Shown here in pieces: positions 13,430 to 26,181 of a stretch of DNA of 64,000 nt. Position numbers and translations under genes: made by a program. Each line of letters starts with the position of its first letter. Position 1 is the first letter of the stretch. The notes under the pieces were generated by a model, which was not told where the DNA came from, searched no databases, and saw only the letters and a program-made list of their open reading frames with translations. Origin of the DNA: Octopus vulgaris (lineage: Eukaryota); NCBI GenBank assembly GCA_951406725.2, contig OX597821.1, forward strand, positions 104,966,001-105,030,000. Direction: 5' to 3'.

Positions 13430-15775
13430 TAAATTATGTGTGTGCAGTTGTGTGTCTAATACGTGCCTATCTATATAACTATAAATATAACTGTATGTAT
13501 CTATTTATATATCCACAAACAGAATATTTTCAATATCTTTGCAATTTTCAAGTATTGAACTATCCTTTTGTTGTTAATAAATCACTGCTCTTATCAAAAT
13601 TTGTTTCATTAATATCGATCATTTCTTAGCAGATTCTAAGTATAATTATATGGTTTCCTCCGCAATCACTATCACACAAACATTTTGAATATACGTATCC
13701 ATAATGTATGTATGCATACTCATTTGCACATACATATGGTGTGTATGTGCTTATATTCATGTATATCTTCGGAATGGTGACATCATAAATTATTCAGAAT
13801 TACTGAATAATATATCTATTATCATCAATAGCATACTTTAATCTTATATTCTCCTCTTGCATTTTAGATTCGTTTCTATTTATCATTTCCTCAAGTTAAT
13901 CAATTCTTGAATTAAATTATGTTCACTATATAAAACTAAATTCCTATTTGATTTCTTCCTCTCAGATAGATAAACAATGCGTCACAGCATTTTAATCTGC
14001 TTTGTAGTACTTCTCTTCTAATTTTCTCTCGCTCCAAAATCCGCAGCTCTCGCATTCTCTCATTTCTCATGTATTATCTCTGAAATAGAAGTATGTTTCC
14101 TGCTGCAATATCGGACATTGAAAACGAAACAAATCTCAATCAAAATTTAATTCTTGTAATCAACATTGAGAAACTATAATTTCTGCTTACGTTTATCTGT
14201 TGACTCGATTTTAATTTACTTTGTATATAACTATTCATATTAATTGTTCTATTTAAAGAGCAAACTTAAATTTCATCATACACTATTCTGTAGATACAAA
14301 GGCATTTCAGCACTATATTGTTGATTGTTTTGATTTTCAGATCAGGATATTATTACGTTATATATCTCAAAAACTATTACACAGTTTCTCATCTCTAATA
14401 AATTGCCATTCTCTTTGCTCTTAGTAACGAATGCAATGCTTATTATCCGCGTAAAGAAAAGGTTAATGTTTATGATTGGGTTGAAGAATATTTTTAACCA
14501 ATTAATTTTTTATTTGGGATTGACCTATCTGAAATCTAACTTGATATCTCACGATGTTCAACCATTCATTGCATTCTTGCAATCTCAAGAATGTTGTTAT
14601 TGTTCCGTAAGTTTCCTCGAAAATTCCGTGCCAATCATTTCATCGTAATTAGCATATTATTGTAGAGACTATGAAAAGATGTAATTTTGTTATGAAACCT
14701 TAGTATTACATACTCATATCAGTTTTACATTCCCATAACCTAAATCTTAGAAATAGTTATCTTTTCCCTCATTCTTTAAATTCAGTTCAAAATTTCTATC
14801 CATTACCCTCACCCTAGGTAGGCTAGTATCTGTAAAATAAGCTTGTACAAAATCAAATCTGACATGAAGTTTGAGAAAATGACAGATACTAACACAACAA
14901 GAATCAATTTACTGCTAAATATAAAACCTCATCAGTTGACGGAACACTGCAAGATAATTAAAGAACTGCAACGAGGTAACAGGAATTACACGTGTTGTGA
15001 AAGCAAAATAAATTTTGTAAAGTTCTCCATTACATTTCCATTTGTATTGTTCTTAAATGCGACTGAATTGTAGAAACAAATTTGTCTTAAATCACACCTA
15101 GCATATTCTAAGTGTACTTATGCAACACCATTTTTTATTGTTTCGTGTTTAACAAATGATATAGATATATATCATTTAATTTTGATATAAGTATATATTG
15201 GTGAGAATTAAACATCTTGGTCTTGAAGAAAATCTAAGATACTTTCCAGATGAAAAGTTTCTTTTGAGATATCACTTCACACCGTACAACGATACAGCTA
15301 AGAGTTTCATTTACAATTATGTTTAAAGAAAATCATCGTTTCCACTGTATACAGCGAAAATTAGGAAGAGCAAAACAGTATGTTTCATAAAGAAGAACAG
15401 GTGACAGAACCGCCTACGAGTATTTAATTATGGATGAAAATGAAAAAGTAGAACGCACTCAAATAAGATCAGATGTTAACGATAGCGTATTTTAGACGCC
15501 TAAGATTAATACTGTAAATAAAACTGTACTCTAAAATATAGGTGATGAGAACTAAACGATTAAGTGTTCAATTCATAATTCACATATGTGAAATTATCAC
15601 CTGGACGCGAAAGATACGTATTTTGACCGGATGCCATAAAATAAGGAAAATATTGATTGAATTTCGGTGTTCTCATTTAATAGCTCTCCCCCCTCTCTCT
15701 CTCTCACACACACATACATGCTGTTTGTCTGGGTCTTAAATAACAGCGACATCGTAATTCATGAGACCGCCACTT

Positions 15776-15826
<51 letters not shown>

Positions 15827-15830
<4 letters not shown>

Positions 15831-16062
15831 AAAAACGGTAAGATAATAAAAGAAAGAGACCTCAATATGTAAATAGAGGAGATTTATCTGTAAAATAATA
15901 TGTGACAATTATTCGGTGGCCAAGATAATACTCTGAGTTTCGGATGCCGAGGTAGAAACCCACATCAGGCCAGATAACCGAAGAGATGGTGGTGTTGATT
16001 TCCACCTCGGCATCCGAAACTCAGAACTTTATCTTGCCTTCCGAATAATTATCACATATAAT
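15827..16062. mobile_element. Inverted (tail-to-tail) Penelope-like fragment with a hammerhead motif
   Basis: 15898-15966 is the imperfect reverse complement of 15991-16059. Plus strand reads AGATAA-CCGAAGA-GATG..CATC-CGAAACTCAGA..TTATCT. Flanked by (TA)n. Confidence 0.7.
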
Positions 16063-16076
16063 TCGATATATATATA

Positions 16077-16635
16077 TAGGTTTGTCCGGAAATTTCGTGC
16101 CGATTTTTTAAGGAAAGAAAAATGTCAATAAACACTTGCCATTAAATTTTTAATCAACCAAATATGAACAATTTTGCTGCACAATGCGTCTCCATTTATC
16201 CTATAACTTGAAAATACCCTCTTCCTAGAATTGAGGTGGTTTCATGGCAAAGAAGTCATCAAGGTATATCTTAGCGTCATGAAAGGAACTGAAATTTGTA
16301 CCATTAAGACTGTTCTGCAGAGACTGGAATAAGTGGAAGTCCGAAGGAGCAATATCTGGTGAATATGGAGGGTGGGGAACACATCCCAGCAGAGCTGCAG
16401 CAATTTTTGTCTGGTTCCAAAAGCGTCAAGTGCCGAAAATGAACTTTCTTATATTCCATTTTAAAGGGTTACAGAATTAACACAGGTTATAGGAGCATAA
16501 ACCTTCTACAAAAAGATAGCTTAAACTGTGCTCTAAATGGAGGTGTAAAATCCTGTTTTATGAACTCAACAATATCATAACATAAATCGACAGGTAAGCT
16601 ACTATAAAACGGCACGAGCTTTCCGGACAACCCAA
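16077..16635 (-). mobile_element. Internally deleted mariner transposon
   Basis: ~30-bp TIRs T(T/A)G(G)(G/T)TTGTCCGGAAA..TCGTGCCG with TA flanks. Minus strand encodes N-terminal MEYKKVHFRH close to C-terminal PYSPDIAPSDFHLFQSLQNSL...KWRRIVQQNCSY (mariner YSPDLAP motif). Confidence 0.9.
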
Positions 16636-16645
16636 TATATATATG

Positions 16646-16839
16646 CACAAGGGGTGTATCTGAAAAGTTGCTGGTAAAACAAAATACAGAAGCATCATAT
16701 AATAATGGTTTTATTCGACATATTTCACTCTCAATTCACATTTTTATTGCAGTCTTGCAAAAGAACTCTGAAGTTTAGTCCTTCATCCCGATTTTTTGTT
16801 ATACCCTTGCAACCAGAACATTTTCAGCATTTCCTCCTA
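16646..16839. mobile_element. Degenerate mariner-type MITE
   Basis: Left end CACAAGGGGTGTATCTGAAAAGTTGCTGG versus right end reverse complement TAGGAGGAAATGCTGAAAATGTTCTGG. Confidence 0.5.
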
Positions 16840-17279
16840 TATATGTATGTAGTGCATTGTAGACATTATGATGGTTTTTTAGGAGAAGCAATTATAACTG
16901 CACTAGATTATTCTAAATTATATACGTCATTACCAAACATCAAAAAATCAAATCAGTCATATTTTTGTTCCTGGCTGCAGATCGCTGCAGTAACACTTTG
17001 AACACACCCTACCAAAAATTGTTTGCCCATCTGCTTAGTAACCAAAATGTTGTGAAGACGGGAAGACAATTTCGAAGATCTCTATGCCATATTTTGTGTT
17101 GAACAGGGCTACGGAAATTTATGGAATGTTTCAGAATGTATATGAATTAACATGTATAATATGTGCATCTGTGTTTCACTGCCACATGAGTTTCATGTAC
17201 AATAAAGAAGACGTGAGAGGCGATGTAAGGTCTGGGAAGGAGGCGGTCGACAGAAAGTCAGATCCGGTTGAGAAAATTC

Positions 17280-17622
17280 CTGGCACCTTCGGCACATGTC
17301 TTCTTTTTCTAGAACCTCAATTTGAGCAGAGCATTGTGAGTGGTTTTTGGTTACGGAAACTGAAAGAAGCCTGTCGTATGTATACGGACATATGTGTGTG
17401 CATGTATGTGTGTCTCGTTGTGTGAGTGTGTCTTACCACTTACTGTCTGACAACAAGTGTGAGAATGTTTACGTCCACGTAAGTTAGCAGTTCATCAAAA
17501 TAGACAATTACTATAAAAAAAAGTCCTGTTCAGCTTAAATGTGTGTCCGACTAAAACCATGCCAGCCACTGCTCCAGCATGGCTGCGGTCAACTGACTGA
17601 AATAAGTAAAGAATTAAAAGAA
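17280..17622 (+). mobile_element. SINE family A, degenerate
   Basis: GGCACCTTCGGCACATGTCTTCT...TTGTGAGTGG...CGGAAACTGAAAGAAGCCTGTCGTA, tail GCTCCAGCATGGCTGCGGTCAACTGACTGAAATAAGTAAA. Confidence 0.75.
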
Positions 17623-17641
17623 TACATACAAACATTCATAC

Positions 17642-17679
<38 letters not shown>

Positions 17680-17774
17680 ATTATGCATGTATATACATAT
17701 ATGCATATGCATACATATGTGCAAACACACGGGCACATACTCACGCTCTCATACTCATTCAAATACATATGTGA

Positions 17775-17812
<38 letters not shown>

Positions 17813-19189
17813 ATTTTCAGAGATTGTGTTAGGGATAATGTGAACGTTAGAAATGCTGCATGTTTAATGTATGTGTATTGTGAACCACTCATAAATGTGT
17901 CATCAAATACAGTGTTAATGAATACAGCATAGATTTAAAGTAGGCGGAACGAAACCGCCCATAAGCGAATGAGAATATCATATTTATCGATATGACGGAT
18001 TTTTTCCCCCTCTAAACTTTGAGGTTATTTCGAACATTGGTACAAGAAATTGTAAAGATTACACATATAGATGGTTTGCGAAGATTTATTTGAATATCGT
18101 ATTCGATGAAAATCTAACTAGCTTTGTTACTTCTATATAAAATATTCCTTTTAATTTTAATTTCATGTCTTCCCTGTGGAGCCCATTTATTTTCTCTTTC
18201 TGCAAATCTTCTCTTCCTATATTTAATTTCGAAATATTTTGTGAAAATTCATATTTATGACTATTTGGAAATTTTATTTTTAATATTTATTGAAATGTGT
18301 TTGACCAAATTAATACAGCTCTATGTATTTACATCTAAGCTCAAGATGCGCACGTTATTTTTTCTTTTAATCACATTTCTACATTTAACGGTTAAATATT
18401 TCGTTGATTTTATGGACAAGATTGCCATAAACTCAAAGATATGAACTGAATATGTTTCTTTATGTGTGCATCTGTCTGCTTATCGGCTTCTCTATTTTCA
18501 TCTGTTTGCCACAGATACACACACACACACGCGCGCGCGCACACACACACAGACCCACACACACACACACATGCATTCATCTACAATGATTCACAATAAA
18601 AATTTCTAAGATATGAATCTTGTATTGGGTAATTAAATATGCAACCATTTATTTAAAAGAACGACTAAACGCAAATGTGATGACAGTTAATTAAGGAAAA
18701 GATTTATTTCTATGGAAATGAAGTTTAACTTCCACACAATATTGTGTATATTGTTATACGTTCACATCCATTTCAATTATTCCAGGCAAGTTAATAATAG
18801 ATTTCATTGTTACATTTATCAAGGAAAAGATTGAATTTATTTTTTCTCTACACAGCCTCACCCAAGGAATAGGAGAACGGAAACCTGCAAATTTTAATAA
18901 ATAGATAGCTAGAAGGTCTAGAATATGGAGAATAGCAGCGACGAAATAAATATTATCAATGTGTTTCATTAATTATTTTCTTGGAACGGATATTATTGCA
19001 AAACTAATTGTGAGAAATCTAAAAGAGGTAAAATATATTTTGTAATTGTACTTCCCTTCACAGGGTCATTATATGTTACTGTATCGTAAAATGCTTAATG
19101 GAAAAATTAAGTTGGCAACCTTATGACTCGATTAACTGTTATCGAACTGAGAGCCGTGTTCTCAGAATTCATTCGGGTTTGGTATCAAA

Positions 19190-19761
19190 TATTCTTTTCT
19201 ACTGTAGGCTCAAGGCCCGAAATTAAGGGAGGCTACCAGTGGATTAGATCGACCCGGTACGCAAATGGTACTTAAATGGTACTTCATCCTGACGGAATGA
19301 AGCACAAAGTCAACCGCGGCGAATTTGAACTCAGAACGAAATACTTATTTGTTTACTGCCCACAAGGGGCTACAAACAGAGGGGACAAACAAGAACAGAC
19401 AAACGGATTAAGTCGATTATATCGATCTCAGTGCGTAACTGGTACTTATTTAATCGATTCCGAAAGGATGAAAGGCGAAGTCGACCTCGGCGGAATTTGA
19501 TCTCAGCACGTAAAGGCAAACGAAATACTTATTTCTTTACTACCCACAAGGGGCTAAACACAGAGAGGGCAGCCAAGGACAGACAAACGCATTAAGTCGA
19601 TTACATCGACCTCAGTGCGTAACTGGTACTTATTTAATCGAACCCGAAAGGATGAACGGCAAAGTCGACCTCGGCGGAATTTGAACTGAGAACGCAGCGG
19701 CAGACGAAATACTCCTAAGCGTTTCGCCCGGCGTGCCAATGTTTCTGCCAGCTGGACGCCT
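19190..19761 (-). mobile_element. SINE family B with three internal modules
   Basis: Head AGGCGTCCAGCTGGCAGAAACATTGGCACGCCGGGCGAAA, then three copies of the module (G)TTCAAATTCCGCCGAGGTCGAC...TTCATCCTTTCGG. Confidence 0.85.
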
Positions 19762-20394
19762 TTGGGTATATAATATTCAATCAGGATTTTTATTGCTAAG
19801 TAATGGTAGTCTTTTTGATATCATAAATGATTAACATAAAAACTGAAAATCACCATTGTTGCTATTTGTTGATAAAGGTACTGGAATAATTCGTAAAACA
19901 CAGATAAAAACACATCTTAATATATTGCAGAGTGTGTTATACTAAGCCTAGTGTATAAGACAGACAAAAAGAAAATGCTTTGAAGAAGTTTTCGAAATGA
20001 ATAATTTCTTTAATGTACATTACAAAATCTCAATTCTTTTGAGAAAATTTCTATTGATATCATTTAGTACTAATGTGGGAAGTGATCTGCTGTATATAAG
20101 GACTCTAAAACAAGCTTTTGTATCTTTCGAGAAGATAAATGTGATTTTGGGACTCTTAACCTGTAATGTTAAGTAAGAAACTGTGTCTCACTATTTTAGT
20201 ACCGCGAATATATATTAAAATGCTTGACCTGCAATACATAGAATTCTACAGATTAAGAGTATTTTAGAAAGAAAGAATTCGTTTGGAGATGATAAAATAC
20301 AATTGTAGTAAAACTGGAATAGCAACATCAGTAAAATGTTGTTTGTGAAGTTTTCTTGTCGCGTCATACAAGTTCATTAAGGCTTTTTTCCCGC

Positions 20395-20547
20395 GGGACG
20401 CCGGTCCCACGCAAGAATACTCATTCTGTCCAGCTGCGTGGGCTGGAGCATCGTGAAATGAAATGTTTTCGTGAAGAAGACAGGAATCGAAACCACACAC
20501 TGCCATCATGTGTCCAAGACCCTAACCACTAAGCCACTCGCTTTCCA
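20395..20547 (-). mobile_element. tRNA-derived SINE family C, 5' part
   Basis: A box TGGCTTAGTGG, B box GGTTTCGATTCC, then TTTCACGATGCTCCAG as in the copy at 56172-56490. Confidence 0.65.
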
Positions 20548-21359
20548 CAAGTGACAGTAGTGGCTAAAAATTGTATAAATGTAATTAATCTTAACAGGCG
20601 TTGGTATTATATATCTGCTCAAAGTGAGTTGAAATTTTGAGTACCATACTGAAACGTAGAGCATTGATATCAAATTGAACATTATTTCGCAGAAATTCAA
20701 CTTAACATTTGTTTGAGAGTTTCTGAAGAATATTATTTCTTCTTGTATATAGAATTATAATGAATTAAGAAGCTAGTATTTGGAGCTGCCTTTTGACATG
20801 TTAAGACTTTTTCATCTGAGGAGAACGTAACTTGGTAAATAGTTTTAAAAAAAGTCGTTAGCTCATCATTCAATTTTCATCAGTATATATTCGTGAATAA
20901 GATTTCTCTACGCTGCCCAAGGGGACATGCAGGAAAAAACACAAAATACAAATCCGAAGCATTAAAGAAAAAAAATGGAAATTTCTTTATTGCATGTATG
21001 ACCCAGAAACGAAAAAAATATCGCATAAGTATATCGAGTTCGTGTTTCACAAGAGCATGAATAATAAACAACTTAAAGTATAATTTCGTTTTGTTTTTTT
21101 AAAAAAAATTCCATGCATGATGCAAGATATTCTTTATCGTTCTTTTCAATGCAACAATGAACTTAAGAATATACTAAAAAGAAATTATACAAATTAATAT
21201 GAAAAATTGAATCCGTAGGTGTATAGAGAAGGTGGTGCTTACTCAGTCATGATATGAACTCATGCAACAACAATGTGTTTTGAAACACCAGCAAAGAAAA
21301 CAAAGAAAGCAAATATTTAGCGCTTCTACAGTTTATGCAGTTGCTACTACTATTGAGGC

Positions 21360-21401
21360 GGCTGCTACCACCATAACCGCCATCAGTGCTACTATTACTA
21401 T

Positions 21402-21440
<39 letters not shown>

Positions 21441-21441
21441 A

Positions 21442-21475
<34 letters not shown>

Positions 21476-21506
21476 GTAGTAGTAGGTAATAATAATGGTA
21501 ATAATA

Positions 21507-21538
<32 letters not shown>

Positions 21539-21722
21539 TATAATGGTAATAATTATGATAATAATAATTACCATTTCTACTACAGGCACAAGGCCTGGAA
21601 TGTATGGGGAGGAGAGAGTCGATTCCATCGACGGTAATATTTGACCCCGAAATCTATCGACCCCGAAAGGATGAAAGTCAAGGTTGGCATCGGCGGAATT
21701 AGAACGAAATAGTACTAAGCAT
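21360..21722 (-). mobile_element. (ACT)n/(AAT)n array followed by a SINE family B 3' fragment
   Basis: TTTCTACTACAGGCACAAGGCCTGGAA...ATCGACCCCGAAAGGATGAAAG matches family B. Confidence 0.7.
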
Positions 21723-21769
21723 TTAGATTCAAATTATCTTTGTTGTAGCATGTTAGCACAAGCTCAATA

Positions 21770-22200
21770 AAGGGAGTGTATTTTTACAATCTAGCTAATA
21801 GTCACACGTTAGCATAAGGACATTTTCCTGCTTTACATTGCATGATATTTTTTGCATCCCATTTATATAAGTTTTTTAGGTCTTTCTGTTGACGATTAGC
21901 ATCGTATGGTTCTTTTGTTGCTTGTACTTTTGTGTCATCACCATAGCTAGTAAGGGTGCCTGCTTGCATAACTGATGAAATGCGTGAAGGAGTCATCATA
22001 AACCGCTGCAGCCCCAAGAGAGTCGCTGTTACTGACTCATTGGAAACGTTAGATTTGGCTTCCACGGCCTTGCTTCTGTCTTTTAAGAAGTGACTTAATC
22101 TCCTTCCCAGCTTTCGACTATATCGAGTCTCCATAGTTTCTGACATACCCCATGACCATCCTTATCAAATGTAGTTGCAAAATCAAATATATCACATACA
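21770..22200 (-). mobile_element. CR1-like LINE reverse transcriptase fragment
   Basis: Minus-strand remnants DFATTFDK (DFxKAFD), SYGDDTKV (YADD) and QKDLKNLYKW..NIMQCKAGKC. Confidence 0.75.
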
Positions 22201-22202
22201 CG

Positions 22203-22563
22203 TAGGTGCTGAAATGGCTGTGTGGTAAGTAAGTTCCTTACCAACCACATGATTCTGAGTTCAGTCCCACTATGGCATCCTCGGCGAAGACTTGCTGAAT
22301 GTTCTAGTTTGAGCTGGGGCATCATCGAGCTTTTCACAATATATTTCCTCGATATTTTGGGGGAATATGAAAATCTGGCGATCGCGCACTATACGTCTGT
22401 ACACTAGGCGTAGCAGCTGCTGGAACTGACGCTGTCTACCGGTACGCAAATTCTCGCTCATGCGCAAGAAGAGTGGCGCTACCTGCCACCCAAAATATTT
22501 TGCCAACATGGCATTAGTCTGTGCGGGAAAAAATGACGTCATCTAATTTTGAACGAACCCTGT
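22203..22563 (+). mobile_element. SINE family A head joined to a Tc1/mariner-like 3' end
   Basis: TGGCTGTGTGGTAAGTAAG...GAGTTCAGTCCCACT to ~22278, then RRRLAEC..GIIE and terminal TTTTGAACGAACCCTG|TA (TIR-like, TA flank). Confidence 0.55.
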
Positions 22564-24597
22564 ACATTACCCAGAACAATGTATTGAAATATGTACTCAC
22601 TTATAGAGTAAAAATATAGATATGGATAATAATTACAACATATTCCTTATACACGTACCTGAATACACACACACAAAATCATCTACATGCATAAATGTAT
22701 ACACTCATACATGTGTGAATGTATGTGTACAGACACGCACACACACGCACACACGCACGTATGTATGCATTTATGTATGTAATGTTTGTGTATAGGATTT
22801 TCATGCGCACACATTATTACTAATGCACTGTAGCATCTACGAATTGCTGGAGTAATCAACATAATCATCTCTTAAATCTATTTCGTTTTTAACCTATTGG
22901 CTTGAACTTATATTGTTAGAAAACTATATAATTCAGAATGAGTTAAATGGACAATTAAAATTTATTGAACTCGTCTATGCATAATAATTATATAGTCACC
23001 GTTCTGAAATTTGATAAGTCAATACATGATTGTGCAGCCATCGAGATTTTTGTAAATAACTCTGTGAAGCTATTGTCTGAAAAATTCTCTATCCGATTAT
23101 TCGTTGAAATGTTTCTAGTAAGCGATTCAGTGGTGTACAAAAGACCCGTGCCAATACCTGCGGCTTCAGTATTTCAGAAATTGATTTGGAAAAGCTCCTT
23201 GCGGGTCTTTTATTTTCGAGAGAAGATTAAATATCCATCTTCGCTGCATGTCATAAGATCATCGCGATGCAATCAATTGAAATCTAGAAATGGTTAATAT
23301 CTCTCTCTATTGGATAGATTATATGAAAGTGTCTTCCCTGGCAATTTTCCTTGAGAATTAATATTCGTCCTTCGTCAAATGGTGTGTCAAAACAATTTAG
23401 ACGAATGATTTATCAATATCACTTATATTTTATAGTTTCTTAAACTACAGATGTAGGAATGCTCTCAATAATGAAACTATGTTATTAACTCATTGTCTAA
23501 ATTCATATTAACGAAAATGATTCAATATTAAAAGGTTCACTGAATTTATTAATAATAAAAATGAATATTTAATTTAAAATCGATAATAACAGCCTGATCG
23601 ATTTTTAAACATCTCAAACGGAAATTCGTCTATCGATTCAAACGAATACATTTAGCAGCATAAATGTAGAGACTACATTCGTTTTGTGACAGATTAGTTT
23701 CATTGTTTGTCTCACTTGAAACTGTGTCTAAGTATCATTCTTAACCTGTAAAATAACTGTTATTTCTGCTACGTGTTCGCTATGTATTTCGACCAAGTGA
23801 GGTATCTGGAGCTGAAATCCCCAGTTGTTATAGATACAGGCTTAACACCTGTTTCACCCAACCTTTTATCACAGTCAGAAGGAATAAAGTCAAAAACAGT
23901 ATTCAATATTGCTCCCCATGTCCCACAATATGCTCTACGCTAATTTAAAGGAAGAATAGTTACAAGATAGATTACTGCTGTTAATAATTATGCTTGCATG
24001 ACATTTTGAAAAGCGCTTTCCAATTCTTTTTATGTACATACGATATACTGTATCGACTAATTTTCCTTTCATTACTGCGTTGAATCTCAATTTGTTAGCG
24101 CCGCATTAGTATGACGTCTTGCCCACAATCTCGTCACTGACACTCTATACTGGATATCATTACTTGCATGCATTGACGTTCGGGACTTCCTCCTTATGAA
24201 GCAAGCTATAGCTGACAGCCCACATCTACAAAAGATATATGGGCTGTATATGTGAAAAGCAGATTTTCTTGGGCAGTTTGAACAAGAATTTATATCTTCT
24301 ATATGCTTAAGACACTCGAAGAAACCACATTGCTCCTGTCTACCCAGCTGACAAGAAAGAGTTATTCGAGCAATTCAAACGTCAGATTTTGGGTGGTTCG
24401 TCCTAAATGCGGTCATTATTTTTCATGTTTTCCTGTCCTATTTTTAGTAGTTTATTTAAGTTAAGGATATTGTGCTATTGGAAATCAGTACTTTGTTTTG
24501 TTCAAAGAAAAGTTGCTGTTTCTCATTCGGCAGATTATCTGTGTTATGGCGAGGATATCTTCTTTGCAGTACTCTTAACTCACGTGTACCTTGTTCT

Positions 24598-25446
24598 GTA
24601 GCAATGTACAAGCAATTGAAAACGAATGAATCTGAAGATTGGTGAGTAAGGAAAAGAGTGCATGGTCAATTTCATAGGGATGTTGAAGGTAGGACAGTCA
24701 GAAAAGAAAGAGGCCTCTAGATGACTAAATATTATTTAAAACCGGAAACGAAGGCTGTAATTTATGCAGCCTAAGAGTAAGCGCTAAGAACATAAAATAC
24801 AGTGTAGACAACACATCAGAAAATGATAAATGCAAAATCTGTGGACAAAGCGGTGAAACCGTATGGCATATTACCAGCCAATATACGCCACGATATTTTA
24901 GCAAGGCTTGTCCATTGGACTCTCTGGAACAAGTCCGGACTTGACAGTGGAAAAAATTGGTACGGCCACGAATCCGAAGGCATCATCGAAAATGATAATG
25001 CAAAGACCCTGTTGAATTTTATGATTCAGTGCGACCATGAGATAGAGAACAGGAAACTCGACATAGTCTTAATTGGAAAAGAAAGCAAGCTATGGTGGAT
25101 CGTAGATATAACCCGCTCAGCTGAAACAATGTATACGATAAGAAAGAAAGAAAGGTCGATAGATATGACAGGTTAGCCTGGGAGGTAAAGCAGTTGTGGT
25201 CAATGAAAAAGCGGGTAGTGCTACCAGTAATAGTAGGAGCCCTGGGAACAGTGAGTAAAAACATTGAGAAGTAACTGGAACAAATAGGGACTGCAATAAG
25301 GGTGGGGTACTTGCCAGAAAGAGCACTGCTTGGAACCACTCAATTACTACGGAAGATGCTCGAAAAATAAGAGGTATTACCTTAGTTCACTGGTAGTGAA
25401 CAGCTGACACTGTAGTACATCTCCAGCGTTAGAAGGAGCGCAAAGG
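24598..25446 (+). mobile_element. 3' part of an R4/Dong-clade LINE (restriction-like endonuclease region), decayed
   Basis: HGQFHRD, LKPETKAVIYAA, CGQSGETVWHI, RHDILARLVHW, IENRKLDIVL (PD motif decayed), VVLPVIVGALG and KRALLGT, followed by a 3'UTR and (TAA)n tail. Confidence 0.85.
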
Positions 25447-25479
25447 TAATAATAATAATATTAATTATTATTATTATTA

Positions 25480-25570
<91 letters not shown>

Positions 25571-25572
25571 CA

Positions 25573-26104
25573 TTGAGTGAGAGAGCAGTTCATGCCATCA
25601 AAGTGACTCTGGGGTAAAATATACGAAGCCCAATATACCCATCATGACTACCTGTCTGATAAGTGTACACCGGGCACATGCATCACAACCATATGTGTGC
25701 GACATGGTGATCCCATATCAAGATAAACAGCACATGACCTTGCAGGTGGGGCCCAGTTAGAAATTTCTTCAGGTTGAGTAGCCCATCCCGCTCAAAAGGT
25801 CCCTGAATAAGGGTTGTTTAAGTATGTTGAAAGAACCACCCATGTTTCCAGAGGTGAATTATTCAAACCCCAAAGAATCCCACTCAACACATGGCTCGTG
25901 ATCAGAGGTGCACATATCGTCAGCCACTAAGGGACATGGTCAACTGGTTATGGTCAAACAACTGACAAGCAAATCTGTGGTATTGAGCAGAATATTTGCT
26001 GTAGCCCATCTTTTATACCAAGAGAAAACAATGTACAAGATAACACTTCCAATGAGTTAAGATCAGAAGCCATGAGAGCCACTGCCTGGTAATACATCAG
26101 GGCA
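25573..26104 (-). mobile_element. Unclassified ~530-bp non-coding element inserted in (TAA)n
   Basis: GC-richer block flanked by (ATT)n on both sides, with no long ORF and no obvious tRNA head. Strand is inferred from the (TAA)n orientation. Confidence 0.55.
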
Positions 26105-26181
<77 letters not shown>

